Assembly: GCA_965285935.1 (NCBI GenBank)
Contig: OZ260665.1
Coordinates: 76,880,001-76,944,000, forward strand
Length of the DNA stretch: 64,000 nucleotides
Direction: 5' to 3'
Origin: Ophelia neglecta
Lineage: Eukaryota
The notes under the pieces are model-generated. The model did no database searches. It was not told the origin of the DNA and saw only the letters and a program-made list of their open reading frames with translations. A program made the position numbers and the translations under genes. Below are positions 12,901 through 26,345 of this stretch, piece by piece (within the stretch, counting starts at the first letter, position 1; each line of letters opens with the position of its first letter).

Positions 12901-15900
12901 CTTATCAAATATTGCCGGTATCATATCAACATTGTGGTCTTGTTTTGAACTGAAATTTTCGATACTTACATATTATACTTTTTGATGCATAAGGGTTGAA
13001 ATTAGAAACTAGGACATAGAAAGTTGTGTAGATTTACAAATGTTTCATTGCTTTCAGCATATTTTGTTTAAGCTCAAGTCTTGCAGTTTGGTATTGTTTG
13101 AAAAATGAAATATAATGCAAACATACAGCTCAGTTTTCTTAAAAAACACTGCCTTCTTTAACCAAAAATCATAAAAAAGTGTTGGTATCATTTCGTATGT
13201 AATACTATCGGCATTGGATCAATTGAAACCAAACAGTATGAAGTCCTAAATATCTGTCATGGGGAAAGAACATAAGAAGCTAATTTGTATCAACTGATTA
13301 CTTTACTTTTTATCAAATGTTTAATTACCATGTATCAACAGATTAATTTCCCTTTTATCAAATGTTTAATTACATGTATCAATTGATTTATCTACCTTTT
13401 TAGCTGACTAATTTACTATGTATCAACTGATTAATTTACCTTTTATCCCATGTTTAATTACATGTATCAACTGATTTATCTACCTGTTTTAGCTGACCAA
13501 TTTACCATGTATCACTGATTAATTGGCCTTTTATCCAATGTTTGATTACATGTATCAACTGATTTATCTGACTAATTTACCACGTATCAACTGATTAATT
13601 TACCTTTTATCCATTGTTTAATTATCATGTATCAACTGATTTATCTGTCTATTTTCAGCTGACTAATTTACCACGTATCAACTGATTAATTTACCTTTTA
13701 TCCATTGTTTAATTATCATGTATCAACTGCTTACTTTACCATTTCTCTCTCCATTCAAATGTGATGTTTCTCTGATTTTGACCAATTTAGAATTGCAATA
13801 AATTTCTTTGGTATACAGTTACCTTTTACACTACAGAAGATTATCACTTTGGGTGATTATCATGTACCTTTAAAAAGCAGCATTGTTTCAATGCCGTTCC
13901 CTCATGTTTTGTTTTCAATTAATTAACAGTGTTATCTACATAATGTACATAATTATATTAATGATTAGTGATCATTAACAGGTGGAGTGAAGAATTGATA
14001 TTTTTTTCACAAACCTGGGATCCAAAAGATCATGGTAATGTTGTCTAGAGTACTTTATCGTTAAAAAAATTAAGCCTGTAACATAAATTCTCTTTTAAAA
14101 CCATATCCTCTAATAAAGCAGATAAATAAACAATATCACAAATATTGGCTCTTCCCAAAGAAAAGTGTTTGTCAACAAACAGTCGTCCAACTAATGATTT
14201 ATTTCATATTTCAGTTTTGTTCATAGCAGACTTGAAAATAACCAGGTCGGATTTTAAAAAGACAATGATTGGAACGGCTGTGTCTAAAACTATTTTCACA
14301 GTCAATCCTGGTATGTATAATTCTTTACACAGCATGTCTCAAAACCTGTTCTTTAGACACATGGCTTCGTCACCCATGCCACAGTATGGTAACTGCAGAT
14401 ACCATATTCTCCATGTTAGCCCACAATAATGTAGCATAAATTCATTGTCAGATGTATCTCATTAATGGACTTGATTGTACAGTGTAACTGAGTTTGTGCC
14501 TTTTGTTTAATATCCATATTGTACTGTGTGATCTTGCCCAAAGAAGTACTGTATAAAATGCTCCTTTTTGGCATCTTTCTGTCACTCATTACATTCAGAT
14601 AACCTAGAATAATTGCAGCATTGCCAGTTTGCTTCACATGAACAAAAATCGAATGAGTAATTGTAGCTAGATCAAAATAATAAGGGAACTATTGCTTCAT
14701 ACTTTGAGGGTCCCCATGCAGGATACAGTACCTGCAGTAACCATGATTAAGGTTGGGGATGTAGCATATGCAGGTAAATTATGTTATTTTGTTTTACAAA
14801 TATCCAAATTATATTCATTTGCAATTTTTATAAACAATATATTAAACTTTCTTTACCAGATACCAAGGAGGCCTATGCTCTGTACCAGTATGGACAAACT
14901 GTGGAATTTGATGATGAAAATGAAGGAGATTCTCCTGACAAAAGTGTTGACTGTATGTTTCAGTTTGTTAAAAAGCTTGACTTCTCAGCATCCCAGGCTA
15001 ATATACATGTTATGATGTATAATTATGTCCCTTTATTATTTTATAATTATTATTAACTTTACATCTCATTATTAATTTAATAATTATTCCCTATTAAATT
15101 AAGTGTCAAACAAAGAATAGTTCATGTAAGTTGGCATGTTCACTTTAAAGATGAAAGACACAACAGCAGTTCCTGCATTGTGCGGTGTCTCTGTAATAGG
15201 CATTCTCCTGTAATGGGTGGCCATAATTTCAAAACCGATGGTCTTTTCGTTAAAACTAAACTGGAATGGCCAGCTATCTGCTAAATGCTGCAAAAACCGT
15301 CATTTCATGGACATTATACCCTGCTATGAGCAGATATTTCAAGATTTGCTCACAATATTTCGCGGATAAAGTTCGGTGGCTGACCGAAAGTGAAAACTCA
15401 ACTGTCGTGATGCATGTCAGGCGGACAGTAGCCAGAATTTTTTTGGGCATGGGCTTGCATGCAACTAGCCAATAATAACCGACTTGACATAGTGAGTTCA
15501 CTGAGGCGATACACAAAGACAGATTACAAAGGCTTGGTAAATAAAGGTGTTTGTTTGTTGTGTATGGATCACGCTAGCATCTTGGATGTGTCTGGCCGAT
15601 CGAAGACTAACAGAGGGACTGATTAAAACAACTGGCTTTGGCCATGCTGGGCTTGTCCAGGGGTCAGTCTTTCATCTTTTAAATCTGTGGCTGTTGACAG
15701 TTTAATGCTTTTTATATAAGGCAAATAAGTCCAAGAATCCTTGACTTTAAATGGCTTTAAATGTTTAATGAATATGCTTGATTGTTGTGGGCGATTCAAT
15801 ATATATTGGCCCTACATTTACCAATATAGTCTTATAGTATATTTTCAGACTAAAGGCAAATGTGTCTTTCCATGGTAAAAATTAATGACCCATGTGGATA

Positions 15901-18900
15901 GTAGACAAGTGATGCCTTTGAAGCTGGTATGGTTTATGCTTAAACTTTGTATGTCCAGATGTCCTGTCGCTCCTATTAAAAGGGCCACCTGCAATATAGG
16001 GCCAATTTTGCTGATGGAGAGGCAGCCGTACATTGCACCGACTGCTGTATTATTGATCCTATTATCATGCATTATATAAAAAGGATTAGTTTACACATAT
16101 GAATTAATATATTTAAAAGTATTTTACCTTCTGGATAAACATGATCATAAATGCAATATTTTGGGTATAAAAAAAGTATAAGGCAATGTTATAAATCAAT
16201 TATGTATCAAACAGTGGATGCCATAAAGGAAGTGTACACCATTGAGCAGGTCAAGGAGAAGACAGCTTCCAGAGAAGACGGACAAGGTGTACTATATGCA
16301 ATTTCTTACGCCTTTATCTCAACGCTCAATGTAGACAGCGAAAATCCCTTGACAGTGGTCGCTATCAGATGGTTAGTTCATCCATCCAATTCAACAAATA
16401 GCCACATTTCACTCTTTTTTGCAAATTTAAAGGACAGAATTGAGAGGATTTATTCCAATATTGTTTGAACCTGCATATGTTATGCATTAAGTTAAGAAGC
16501 TTGAATATTTGTAATTCAACTTTTATTAGATAACTTTATTTTAAAATAAGAATTAACTTTCTGTTGACAGAAGGTGATGATTGCCAGGTGCTAGTTATAA
16601 TCGGTAATAGCGGACAAGCGCCTAACATACCTGTACTTAAATAAGCAATGTTCACATTTATATAAATGTTGATCCAGTTTTATTTATTTGTTTGTGCCTC
16701 TTATTTCCCTAATTTACCTATTAAACACTGTATGTACCTGTATATGGATCTATCCAACTGTATGTTTATGTGCATGTAAGGTACATACCAAGCTAACATT
16801 AAACATTATATTAAAATAAGGTACTTGTAAGAATTAGAATTATTTTGTTTTCTCAGTAACCAATGTCACTTCCGAGTTGACCGAGAGACCAGGACTTGCA
16901 CCAACCCCAACTGCCACCCGAGCTCCATTCCTAGCACTGGAGCTAGCGGACTAGAGACGCACACCATGTTTGATATGAGGGTGGCCTGCTCAGATCACAC
17001 TGGCACTATCTCAGGCTGCTATCTATCTGGGGAGGTGGCGGAGAAACTGCTAGGCTGCACTGTAAGTACACTGGGCAGGGGAGCACATATTGATTTGTAA
17101 TCAGATCTATAGTGAAGTTTTTGTGCACAACAGAACACTAATGAAGGGGTTCCTATAAATGGGCGGCAGCTACAGCTGAGGCCTCCCCTATGTTAAAGAA
17201 AATGTGTCACACAAGAGATGAAATATCAAAAAGATGCCTTGTATATGTACCTTTATGGGAAGGGTAGATTCCTCAAACCAAGCATATAAGATTTACCAAT
17301 GCTTGTTTTATATTTTAAAAAAATATTTTAGAAACATACTTGAGCACTAATGCCCTGTTTGCAAGCAAGGCAAATGCCAAAAAGTAAAGTACAGTACTAT
17401 GTTTTGATGGGATACAAATTTCATATACTGTAGATTCCTCAAACCAAGCATATAATATATTTTACCAATGAGCGTTTTATATAAAAAAATTTTTTAAGAA
17501 ACATACTTGAGCACGAATGTCCTGTTTGCAAGCAAGGCATATGCAGAAAAGTAAGTTTTATTTGGTGATGGGATACAAATTTTATATACTGTAGAACCTT
17601 TTATTTTGGCAAGCACTTTATTTTGCAAATTTTGTGAGCAAGGTCACACCCTCAAGATTTATGGGCTCGTGAAAAATTAAGGACCTACCAGAAGCTATTG
17701 ACAGATACTGTAAAACACAAAATTAAAAAGCAGCGAAATAAATAGTTGAATGTGAAAACCACTAATATAAAGGACCCCAAAATATAAGGGTTTTACAGTA
17801 AAATCGTTATGAATTATTTTGAATTTCCTGTGTAAACTTTTCATAACTATGTGAAATAGTAGGCACCTTAAGTTACGCGCAAAACGCGTAGAATTTCAGT
17901 AAATTTGCCACGCGTAAATAAAACATGTAAATATGCTTAAGTTACGAGTTTACGTGTAGAACTTTGCCAAGTAGTATTAATAGTTGAGACCTTCGCTGCA
18001 TACTTATAGCTATAGTAATACAACCCCACATTGACAGCTTACTGATACTACTGCATGACGACCACTGCTCGCACGTACACTACTCGCTAAATATCACCGA
18101 CGCGAAGTTGCCTGTCTGTCTTATAGCGCATACGAAATGTTAAGGTACTAAAATGCCTGTTGGGAAACTAGTCACTAGCATGAATTGCTTTGCAGCATTG
18201 ACATTAATTAATTTGTCATGGCATTATTGTTCAACATATGAAAGCAGTGACCCCCACTGCTCATTGCGCAGCTGGTGGTCGCGGTCTGGCTGAAACCCGA
18301 GGGCTGAAATCAGACTTATTTTCTTGACGCGGCCTGTTTATCTATGATAGTTGCATTATAGAGTAGAACCGGGTATTACCGGACAGAGGGGTTCTTCGGA
18401 CGCTATTGGTCAGACACTCTGTATCTGGTTGATTGCAAAAAAACATGTGGTGGAATCCAAGGAAAGTTCGCGCGAGTTGTTTATTTACTTTTTTATCTTC
18501 AAATTAAAAGGGACCGAGAGTTACATGTGTTGACCCATTTTGTAATAAACTGATTGGTTAGCAGTGGTTATCTGGGCCTGAGCATTAGTGACGTAATTAT
18601 CTTCGCAGACTTGTACACCAGGTGTTGAGGAGGTCGCAGTCAACAGCCATATGTAAGTCAGTGCTGCATCGGGATTTCTGCGTATCATCATAAATAACTG
18701 TAGTTTCATTGTTTTAGAAGTGTTTTAGAATCAATATATAATAAATATACCAAAAATAAAAATAAAATATATATATTAATTATAATGTAAGTGTCCGAAG
18801 AACCCCTCCAATGTCAACAACCTTCTTTTAGCCAGGGGGATCTTCGGACGGCCAAAATAACCCAATCTGTAGCAGAGGTAACATATATGTTTAACTAGGC

Positions 18901-21284
18901 TAAACAAACTTGTGGCTGCAAAATGGTAGGCAAATAGGACCTATTTGTGAAATTCATTCATTTCTCATTCATTACTTTATACAGGCCATAGGCCTACGCC
19001 TATAAATTCTCATTTTTCTTATTAGGCCTACCAATAGCAAATCCCCAATCAATCACCCACATGATGCACGGAAAAAAAATATGCTATAGGTCTATCTAGC
19101 CAATCGATCTATAGGGCCCTGAGGGAGTAACTAGAGACCTATACAAATTAGCCTACTAAATCGAACATCCTCTAATAGCCGTAGACATCTAGGTACCTGC
19201 AATTCCGCCGTTACAGAATGGAATAATTTAGATCTATTATACATACAAATTGCTTTCGCCCAATATGCGATTTTTGGGTCTAATATACATGTATATGAAA
19301 CCCCAGCCACAGCCTTTTGGTTAGACCTCCCTGATAATTTTATAGGCCCACACAATTTCTTTCCCTGTGCCATCTCCTTCAACTAACCCCTGGATCCACA
19401 ACATACTCTATATCATGGCAACATCCATTGAGCGTGAATTTGCGCTAGAAACTCCAAAACGCCGAGTTCAACAAGTACCGTTAAGTCGCAAACACCTCAC
19501 CTCGCATCGGGTTTTACAAGACTAGTGATGATGTCATCAGGGTAAAAAAAAAGATGAATTGGAATGTAAACGGCAGAAAGAAGAGGAGAATGAGATTAAA
19601 AGGCGTGAATTTGGTTCCGTATGGCTGGTCGTATTGACTGGTCAGCATTTAGATCTTATGGTAAATGACATCCCTGAACTTTAACGGTTCGTGTTAGCTC
19701 GCTCTTACATAAGGCAAGCAGCTTCCCCGTGCTACCTTCGCATTTTAACAGAGTAGGCCATGGCTTATCAACTCGTAGATATTGTAGAATTTATCTTACT
19801 AGAAGTCACATTAATTTTATACCTGTGGGAAAAGTAGCCTACAGTACATGACTCGTACAAATGTTGTTAAATAAATAAAAATAAGTGCCTGTACAGTAGA
19901 TATGTTATTCCATTGTTAAAAATTATTCTTCGCGTGATAGATAGTGGTCTCCTATACTAGCGGCCTCGACGCTAAGACAGCGTACCGAGCCTATAGGCAG
20001 GCTAGTCTTACTAGCTCCTTCATTAATTCATTATAGTGTAAAACAATGTAAATATAAAAACTAAACATTCATATAGATTATCTAGAGCAGTGTGTGGTAA
20101 ATTATAGGCCTATGGCGGTTAACAGGTTAATATAACAACACAATATCCAATTAATCTGGTGCTGACCGCATTTTTTGCGGGGCTCTGGACCTACTGTCCG
20201 AAGATCCCCGACGTGCGTCCGAAGATACCTTTTTCGACAGGGCCCATTTAATCACTAATCATTAATCGCCAGAGGGCACCCCTTTTGTACATTTTAATTG
20301 ATCGTCTAGAACACCATGTCAATTTTGAAGAACACAAGTAGTACTCCGCTTCAGATTTACACACGCTATGCACGAACACCTGGTTTGGCATATTTCAGTG
20401 AAAGTGTCCGATAATACCCGGTTCTACTCTAGTAGCATCAAGTAAATGTTACGCCTTTTAATATCCGTCTTTATTGGTTAAATAATGGTTGTTGAAAATC
20501 CACAAACCTTAATAAAGCCGATCGAGCTGGGAGCATGGGACGTCTGCTTCGGGTGAATCACAAACAAAACAAAAGAGCGCTCCGCAACAAAAAAAAAATA
20601 GTTCCAAACATTTGGGAAAAACTAACGCAATTATGTAAAAAATAAATAAGATAAAACGTCATGAAAAGTCGGTTTTGTCCATTCCAGATAATTTATTTAT
20701 GTGATTAGTCTCAAGATATCACTACGCCTACACGTATGGGTCGTACTCGTAGATCGGCGCTTCACGTTGAAAACGCGTAGGCTACCCGGTAGATTTAAGA
20801 ATGAGACATGACATGTTCGCTACACGTTGAAAAATGAGTGCCGACACGTGTAACTTAAGGTGCCTAGTGATGTTTTAAATGCTGCATACATTTATGTAGG
20901 TCAATGAATTTCTATCAATGGATGAGACACAAAAGGCACATCTCAAATGGACAGTTATGTTGGAAAGATGTAAAATTTATTTAAAGGTTTGTTTCCTTAA
21001 ACTGATAAGGTTTTATTAGGGCTATTTGTTGCTAATTTGTAGAATATCTTTTTCATACCAAATATATGGTAGGCGTATTATTAATTCATGACTTTAAGCT
21101 ATGTTTACAAAGGAATTGAAAATACCTGAAAATTAGAAGAAAAAGTACCAAATCTATACACTGATTTAAAGCATGAATATTTTACTAGATGACTCAGCCA
21201 AGCTTTGACCGGACCACGCCCTTTGTCAGGATAGTGTCATGCCGGCTGGCCGATCCTGAAGAGGCTCTCAGTAGTATGCAATAA
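9903..21284 (+). CDS. MEIOB: Meiosis-specific OB-fold protein MEIOB (RPA1 paralogue), 13 coding exons, ~519 aa
   Basis: Exons: 9903-10115, 10240-10297, 10770-10901, 11522-11597, 11858-12050, 12373-12473, 13982-14034, 14215-14310, 14860-14952, 16215-16371, 16857-17061, 20900-20986, 21189-21284; 1560 nt and phase-consistent. Peptides FSVRDSPNDFINVTAWG, DFYTIDDILTNGDSL, RCEVRVFDET, SKTIFTVNPD, YAFISTLNVD, the C4 zinc ribbon CNQC...CTNPNC, DHTGTI, LKWTVMLERCKIYLK and SCRLADPEEA match remembered human MEIOB. AATAAA at 21493. Confidence 0.96.
11598..11857 (+). other. GC-AG intron of MEIOB
   Basis: Donor AG|GCGAGT at 11598 and acceptor TTTTCAG ending at 11857. The joined peptide RYRPSNASMLQLNIGE aligns without gaps to remembered human KFSPATPSNCKLLLSE. 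Confidence 0.8.
13287..13740. repeat. Degenerate intronic minisatellite (core TGTATCAACTGATT, ~40-bp units, partly in alternating pairs)
   Basis: The TGTATCAACTGAT core recurs about 11 times, with alternating TAATTTACCTTTTATC and TTATCT flanks. Confidence 0.85.
17263..17590. repeat. ~165-bp direct tandem duplication in a MEIOB intron
   Basis: GTAGATTCCTCAAACCAAGCATATAA...GAAACATACTTGAGCAC...GATGGGATACAAATTT occurs twice, starting near 17263 and 17432. Confidence 0.85.
17589..17798. mobile_element. MITE with TA target-site duplication (Tc1/mariner/pogo-like)
   Basis: TA|CTGTAGAACCTTTTATTT ... AAATATAAGGGTTTTACAG|TA: inverted termini flanked by TA. Confidence 0.7.
17861..20865. mobile_element. 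Non-autonomous TIR DNA transposon (outer element of a nest)
   Basis: Perfect 16-bp TIRs AGGCACCTTAAGTTAC (17861) and GTAACTTAAGGTGCCT (ends 20865). Flanks read AGT|...|AGT, or TA|...|TA if the TIR is taken one base shorter. Subterminal repeats include ACGCGTAG and CTTAAGTTACG. Confidence 0.8.
18359..20431. mobile_element. Non-autonomous TIR DNA transposon inserted inside the outer element
   Basis: 27-bp TIRs TAGAGTAGAACCGGGTATTAcCGGACA and TGTCCGaTAATACCCGGTTCTACTCTA with one mismatch. The internal motif GTCCGAAGA/TCTTCGGAC occurs near 18394, 18793, 18841, 20196 and 20217. No transposase ORF. Confidence 0.85.
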
Positions 21285-21679
21285 TGTTTTAATCCATGAC
21301 ACAGGCATGGAATATGGAAAATTGTTGAAAGATCAAATATTGATCACTCTATTAATGAAATAATTCATGTTAAGTTTATTGTTGCTACATTAAAACAGAT
21401 TAATGACCATGTTGATAAACTGTATTATTATATTATCATGTTATAATATATAATTATCTAGGTTCTATATGAAATGTATTTAAGTGTGCCATAATAAAAT
21501 ATGTGTTTTTTTTATTGTAAAGTTATAAATAAAAGAAAAAATAATACTGGAAAATGTAACAAATGTGGATGCATGTTGTTATAAAATTATTTTTTGAGGT
21601 GACCTCTAAAATCGGTAGAGTATACAATATTTCATTGTACCAGTATTGAGTACTTTGGAATGTTGTTCTAAACACTCTA

Positions 21680-21857
21680 CAGTGGTCCCTTCCATGTAGG
21701 GACTCCTCTATGTCCAAGCAAAAGTGTCCCTACATAGCAGGTGTCCCTTCATCAGAGAGACATTAACATAGGAAAGATAGGACATGGGCATTGAAAAATG
21801 TCCTGTGGTCAGAGGTAGTCCCTTCATCGGAGGGTCCCTTTATCGCAGTGACCACCG
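21680..21857. mobile_element. pogo/Tigger-like MITE (TA|CAGTGGTC...GACCACCG|TA)
   Basis: Inverted termini with TA flanks and internal repeated GTCCCT motifs. Confidence 0.6.
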
Positions 21858-22841
21858 TATATATACATGTATTGCCCAATTGCAAGGTCTCGGCAAATTA
21901 CAATCGGTTCACCCTCATTACTTGCTACTTATTTTTGTATGCCCAAATCTTCTAGATCTGCGTTTTGTTTTAGTTTGGAGCGATTAGAAAGGTTTAAACA
22001 GTTTTTTTTTTTTGTGTCGGGGCATCTGCTTGGATGGTCAGTTGTATCCTCCATCACTATTGTGTCGTCCGCTTTCCGAAATGTGGTAAACAATAGTTGC
22101 TTGGGTGCAACTTTGATCAACTCGGTGCCAAACATACGGATGCAAAGATAATACCACCAGCCAGCTGAGGTCATTAGATCTATACATGCCCTTTTTGACT
22201 TTGGTAGCATTCCTCTTTCTGCCTTGGTAAACACATCTGCTTTTAGTCAATGGCCAGGGAGGGAGGAGATTTTTACTGGGCGTGCATGCTTTCCATGGAG
22301 TGCGCCAGTAATGCCTACACTTGACCGCAGTCTATTAGTTGAAGTGATGGGGTATATAGCCGGGAGGGGGTGGGGCAGGAGGAGGGGGAGGGGGGTGATG
22401 GGAAAAGAGGGAAAGAGAGGGGGGGGTTCACTTAAGACTATACTGTGTGATGGTTGATATAGGAGAGGGGGGAGGGGCATGGGCCAGGGCAGGATTGGGA
22501 AGGGGAGTAGGCCAGGGCAACCATTTATTTTCTCTGCTGTAGGATGTGCAATTGAAGGTCCCCCAGACTACTTTTACTCACCCTTACCCCAAACCAGTAC
22601 TTCCCTAGTCTTGAAGCACTATGTTTCAGATTGTATAATCCTAGCACCTCCTGAATTTAAAGCCTTGCTGGTGCAGAAAAACCTAAAAATGGTTGCATTG
22701 CAGCATAATTTTGACTGGCATAGCCATAAATTAGAAAAGTGTTTAATCTAGTAAACTTTCTAGAAGTTTGTGAGGGATACACCAAAGTGAGTTCCTTTAA
22801 TTTTTACATTTCAAAAATTCATACTTCGCAGAGTGAACAAC

Positions 22842-23240
22842 CTTAACTATTTTTTTTCAGGTCATTAATAATGTTAACTAGTTAACTTATTACACAGATA
22901 GTATAGACTATAGAGTCTAGTTATTACACGAATCATGACACAAAACTTCGAGCCAAATATCATCTACACTTTCGAATATTTGATAGAAAATGTGTTTTTG
23001 ACATAATAAATTGATTATTTTAACTAATTAATAATTATCCGAAATTCACCTGAATAAATCCAGTTCTTCCTCTCAATCAGGTCTGTGGCTGTGTCAAATT
23101 TGAAAAGATGTAGATCTATCAAATATTTTTTTTGTAATTGCAGAAAATGCGTTTCTGACATAATTAAATAATTGTTTTAACTAATTAATATTATTGGAAT
23201 TTCACCAGAATCTAATCAGTTCCTCTCAATGAGGTCTATA
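22842..23240 (-). mobile_element. Truncated inverted copy of the Helentron/HINE element at 43702-45170
   Basis: Reverse-complement match to the ~153-bp repeat and the adjacent GTTAACTAGTTAAC block (~44120-44515). Confidence 0.85.
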
Positions 23241-23975
23241 AGCCAAGGGGAGGAGGCTTATCTAAGGGGGGGAGGGGGGGGGTAACCTAGCACCCTCATG
23301 CAATGCTGATGTACTGATAAAATTCAAGAGAAACCTGTAAACCCTTTTGTTGACACAATAGATTAACATATTGAGGACAGTATAAAACTAGACTGAGGCT
23401 ACAATGGGGGGGGGGGGGGGGGGAGAGGGCAGCCAGGGGGAGGGTTAGGCATACAGCACAGAAAGGGGCAGTCAAGGGGAGGAGGGTTATCTAAGGGGGA
23501 AGGAGGGGGGGGGGGGTAGCTAGCACTCATGCAATGCTGATGTACGGATGAAATACAGTGAACCTGTTTTATTTACATGTTTAGATTAAATTGTAAATGG
23601 CATTATAAGAGGAGACTGGGGCTAAGGGGGGGGGGGGGTTAGGCTTATAGCACAAAATGTGGCAGCCAAGGAGAGGAGGCTTATATAAAAGGGAGGGAGG
23701 GGGGGTATTAAAGTCCAGTTTGCTCGGTTCATGGACATGATTTGTATGTTGGAGTGTGTTTAGGGCGGAACCAACAGAGCAGACCTATCCAGTTTGTTTT
23801 GTTCTAGGTTTATAGCACAAAATGTGGCAGCCAAGGAGAGGAGGCTTATATAAAAAAGAGGTGGGGGGGGGTATAAAAAGTCCAGTTTGCTCGGTTGATC
23901 AACATGATTTGTATGTTGGAGTGTGTTTAGGGGGGAACCAACAGAGCAGACCTATCCAGTTTGTTTTGTTCTAGG
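23241..23975. repeat. G-rich compound duplication
   Basis: Block (A)GCCAAGGGGAGGAGG.TTATCTAAGGGG...CTCATGCAATGCTGATGTAC occurs at ~23241 and ~23470. A 164-bp tandem TTATAGCACAAAATGTGGCAGCC...GTTCTAGG occurs at 23645 and 23809. Confidence 0.8.
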
Positions 23976-25480
23976 CCCCTCTCACCCTATCCATAAGTAT
24001 GAAAGGGGACTAAGGGTAGTGCCGCATGATCCGAAATCAATCTATTGTCAGGCGTATTGGGGGCTTCATTCCCAGCGTTCAATCAAGGATCAGGCACAGT
24101 GTCACAAATTGAACTTCTTGAGAACGATGGTCTGTGTGATAATTGGGTGATATGAAGTGGGTGCACCGTAACTTATATAGATCTAGATATAGATCTAATT
24201 ATCATCATATTTTATAGGTCTTTGACAAGAATTTTCTCTCCTACTTGAGAAAATAAAAAAAAACACTGAAAGAGTTTCTTTTGCGATTCTAGAGTCATAT
24301 CCGAAAAAACACATTTTGTCAACTAAGAGAATTTATAGCTACTAAACATGAATTATTTTTAGAGGCCATAGAGTCTCTATGGCCTATAGCTGTTATTTAT
24401 GTTGTGATAGTATTGTGTTGCAAAACCACTTTACACTTTTAAGGCTTTAAAGAATCTTGATCACCCTCGAAATGGACCCTTCTTTTTATGACATTTCAAA
24501 GCATCATGTGTTTCACCTCAGACACCAAAGTGGGCTCTGGGGAATGGAGTGAGTATATATATATATGCAGATACAAAATTGAGAATGTTACACAAAAACA
24601 GCTGGCCGGTGAAGCAGTTAGGGAAGTAGCACGCTGTCACATAGCAGTCACATTTCAAATGTTGAAACCAAAGAAAACTGCCTTTGTGAAACAGATGGTG
24701 CTGCTAAAAAGTTACTAGGCTATGTACACCTTTTTGTCTGTGTATTTGGTTGTTTCTTATTCGGATACTTTCCTCCACTGCGGACTTTTCCACGGGATAC
24801 TGCTAGTTTGTTAATTATGTTGCTAATAATTTATCCACAAGCTTAAATATATCCTGTTGACATTACAGTACTAATTCATTGCATATAATGCTCTTTCAGA
24901 ATGCTACTTGTTCATGACAAAATGCCCCTGGAGACACTGTCAGATTTCAAAGCAAAATTAGTACCTATTTTGCCAAAAAGGTACCATACCAGTACTACAC
25001 ACCACTTATTTCATTGGTGTTGGCAATGCTGCACTCTAGTGGTCATGTTTGACTCACTGGTTTCGGTTTGACTCTCAAATGATAGCATCTCAAAAGAATA
25101 GTTTTCTTAAACTTTTAAAAATCAATGAAAATACTTACTAATAAAAAATCAAATAATATAACCACAACAAAAACTATAAATGGAACGAAACAGAGTCTGC
25201 AATGGAGACTGAGTGATGTCAGAAACTGCCCAGTGTATGCGCTATGGCGATGCTCGGGCCGTCAGAATGTTCACAGTGACGTTTCATTATGGGATAAAAA
25301 CATTACGTGGAACTTAACTTGTCACATATATTGAAATAATAGGTTACTTGCACCGATACGTTACACATTGTGATATATTTAGCCTCGCGGGTGCCTTCAC
25401 TCTGACAGCTTCGTCCGATACACTATATAGTCCGGGTATTTGTACCTTTTTGAGTTCTTTATGGAAGACATTTTTTTCGC

Positions 25481-25682
25481 TTTTGATTAATAGCGGAAGC
25501 GCGGAGCCTTGCGGAGGTAAATCCCGAAAGTAGAACAGCGCACTAGACCTATTAAACTTGCTCCTAACCCTTCCCCTAACCCTGAAATTAACCCTCAGCC
25601 CAAACCATAGACTTGCTGACGCCTTTTTTCATCCTGTCACTCTAAAATACTCATGACGTCCGCGTCCGCGATTAATCAATAA
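25481..25682. mobile_element. MITE with TTGATTAA termini and CCCTAA-like interior; an inverted copy lies at 62716-62940
   Basis: TTTTGATTAATAGCGGA...TCCGCGATTAATCAAT. Internal blocks (CTTGCGGAGGTAA, GCACTAGACCTATTA, CTTGCTGACGC, TGTCACTCT) all appear reverse-complemented at 62716-62940. Confidence 0.75.
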
Positions 25683-26345
25683 CCCATTTTTTTTCATATT
25701 AATTAACCTAAATAAACTCCCAATTTGGAACCCTTCACATCACTATTTTAAGCAAGCCAGCATGCTGATGTCTTGCTAAGCCAAGTTTTACCTTAGATGT
25801 TTCCTATAATAATAATTACCTGTATATTTTGATTATGTGTATCTTCCTTAGCATAGTCCAATTATTACAAAAAGTTCGGTTTTCAGATCCTTTTATTGAC
25901 AGATCATAGTTTATATTTGTCAGGGCTTTCTTTTAACACATTTTGTACAATACTTGCTTATCTTGTCAATACAATTTTGCAATCTATCTGGTGACCTTGA
26001 CAATAAAAATGCTAAATAAGCACAAGATAAAATACTAATTTAAATTCTTGTATGTGATAGGCCTACGACCACAATTACCATCAAAGACAGCGTCTAAGTC
26101 ATTCTGAAAAATATTTGAAAATAGTGCTCTTAAGTTGCATCCCTGTTCACTTACAGATTGGGATTCCTCATCTTAACTTATTGCTGTTTTGATAAATTTA
26201 CATGCCTGAGCATCTATTATGTGACTATAGTGACACCGTACAATTGATGACGTCGTTGTTTTCCTCGTAACCTTAGAATCAGACTATTTCCAACATAACA
26301 ATCTCAAGTACACAAACAACTTGACCTGCTAGAGCAAGCGCGGAA

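Noticed and set aside
18521-19382. Transposase ORFs in the nested elements
   Set aside because: Only short ORFs (60-83 aa) with no DDE or DNA-binding motifs.
21929-22234. 101-aa ORF containing AGWWYYLC, resembling the fibrinogen-domain GGWWY..C motif
   Set aside because: No other fibrinogen-domain motifs (such as NLNG), no splice context, and it sits among repeats; probably chance or a transposon relic.
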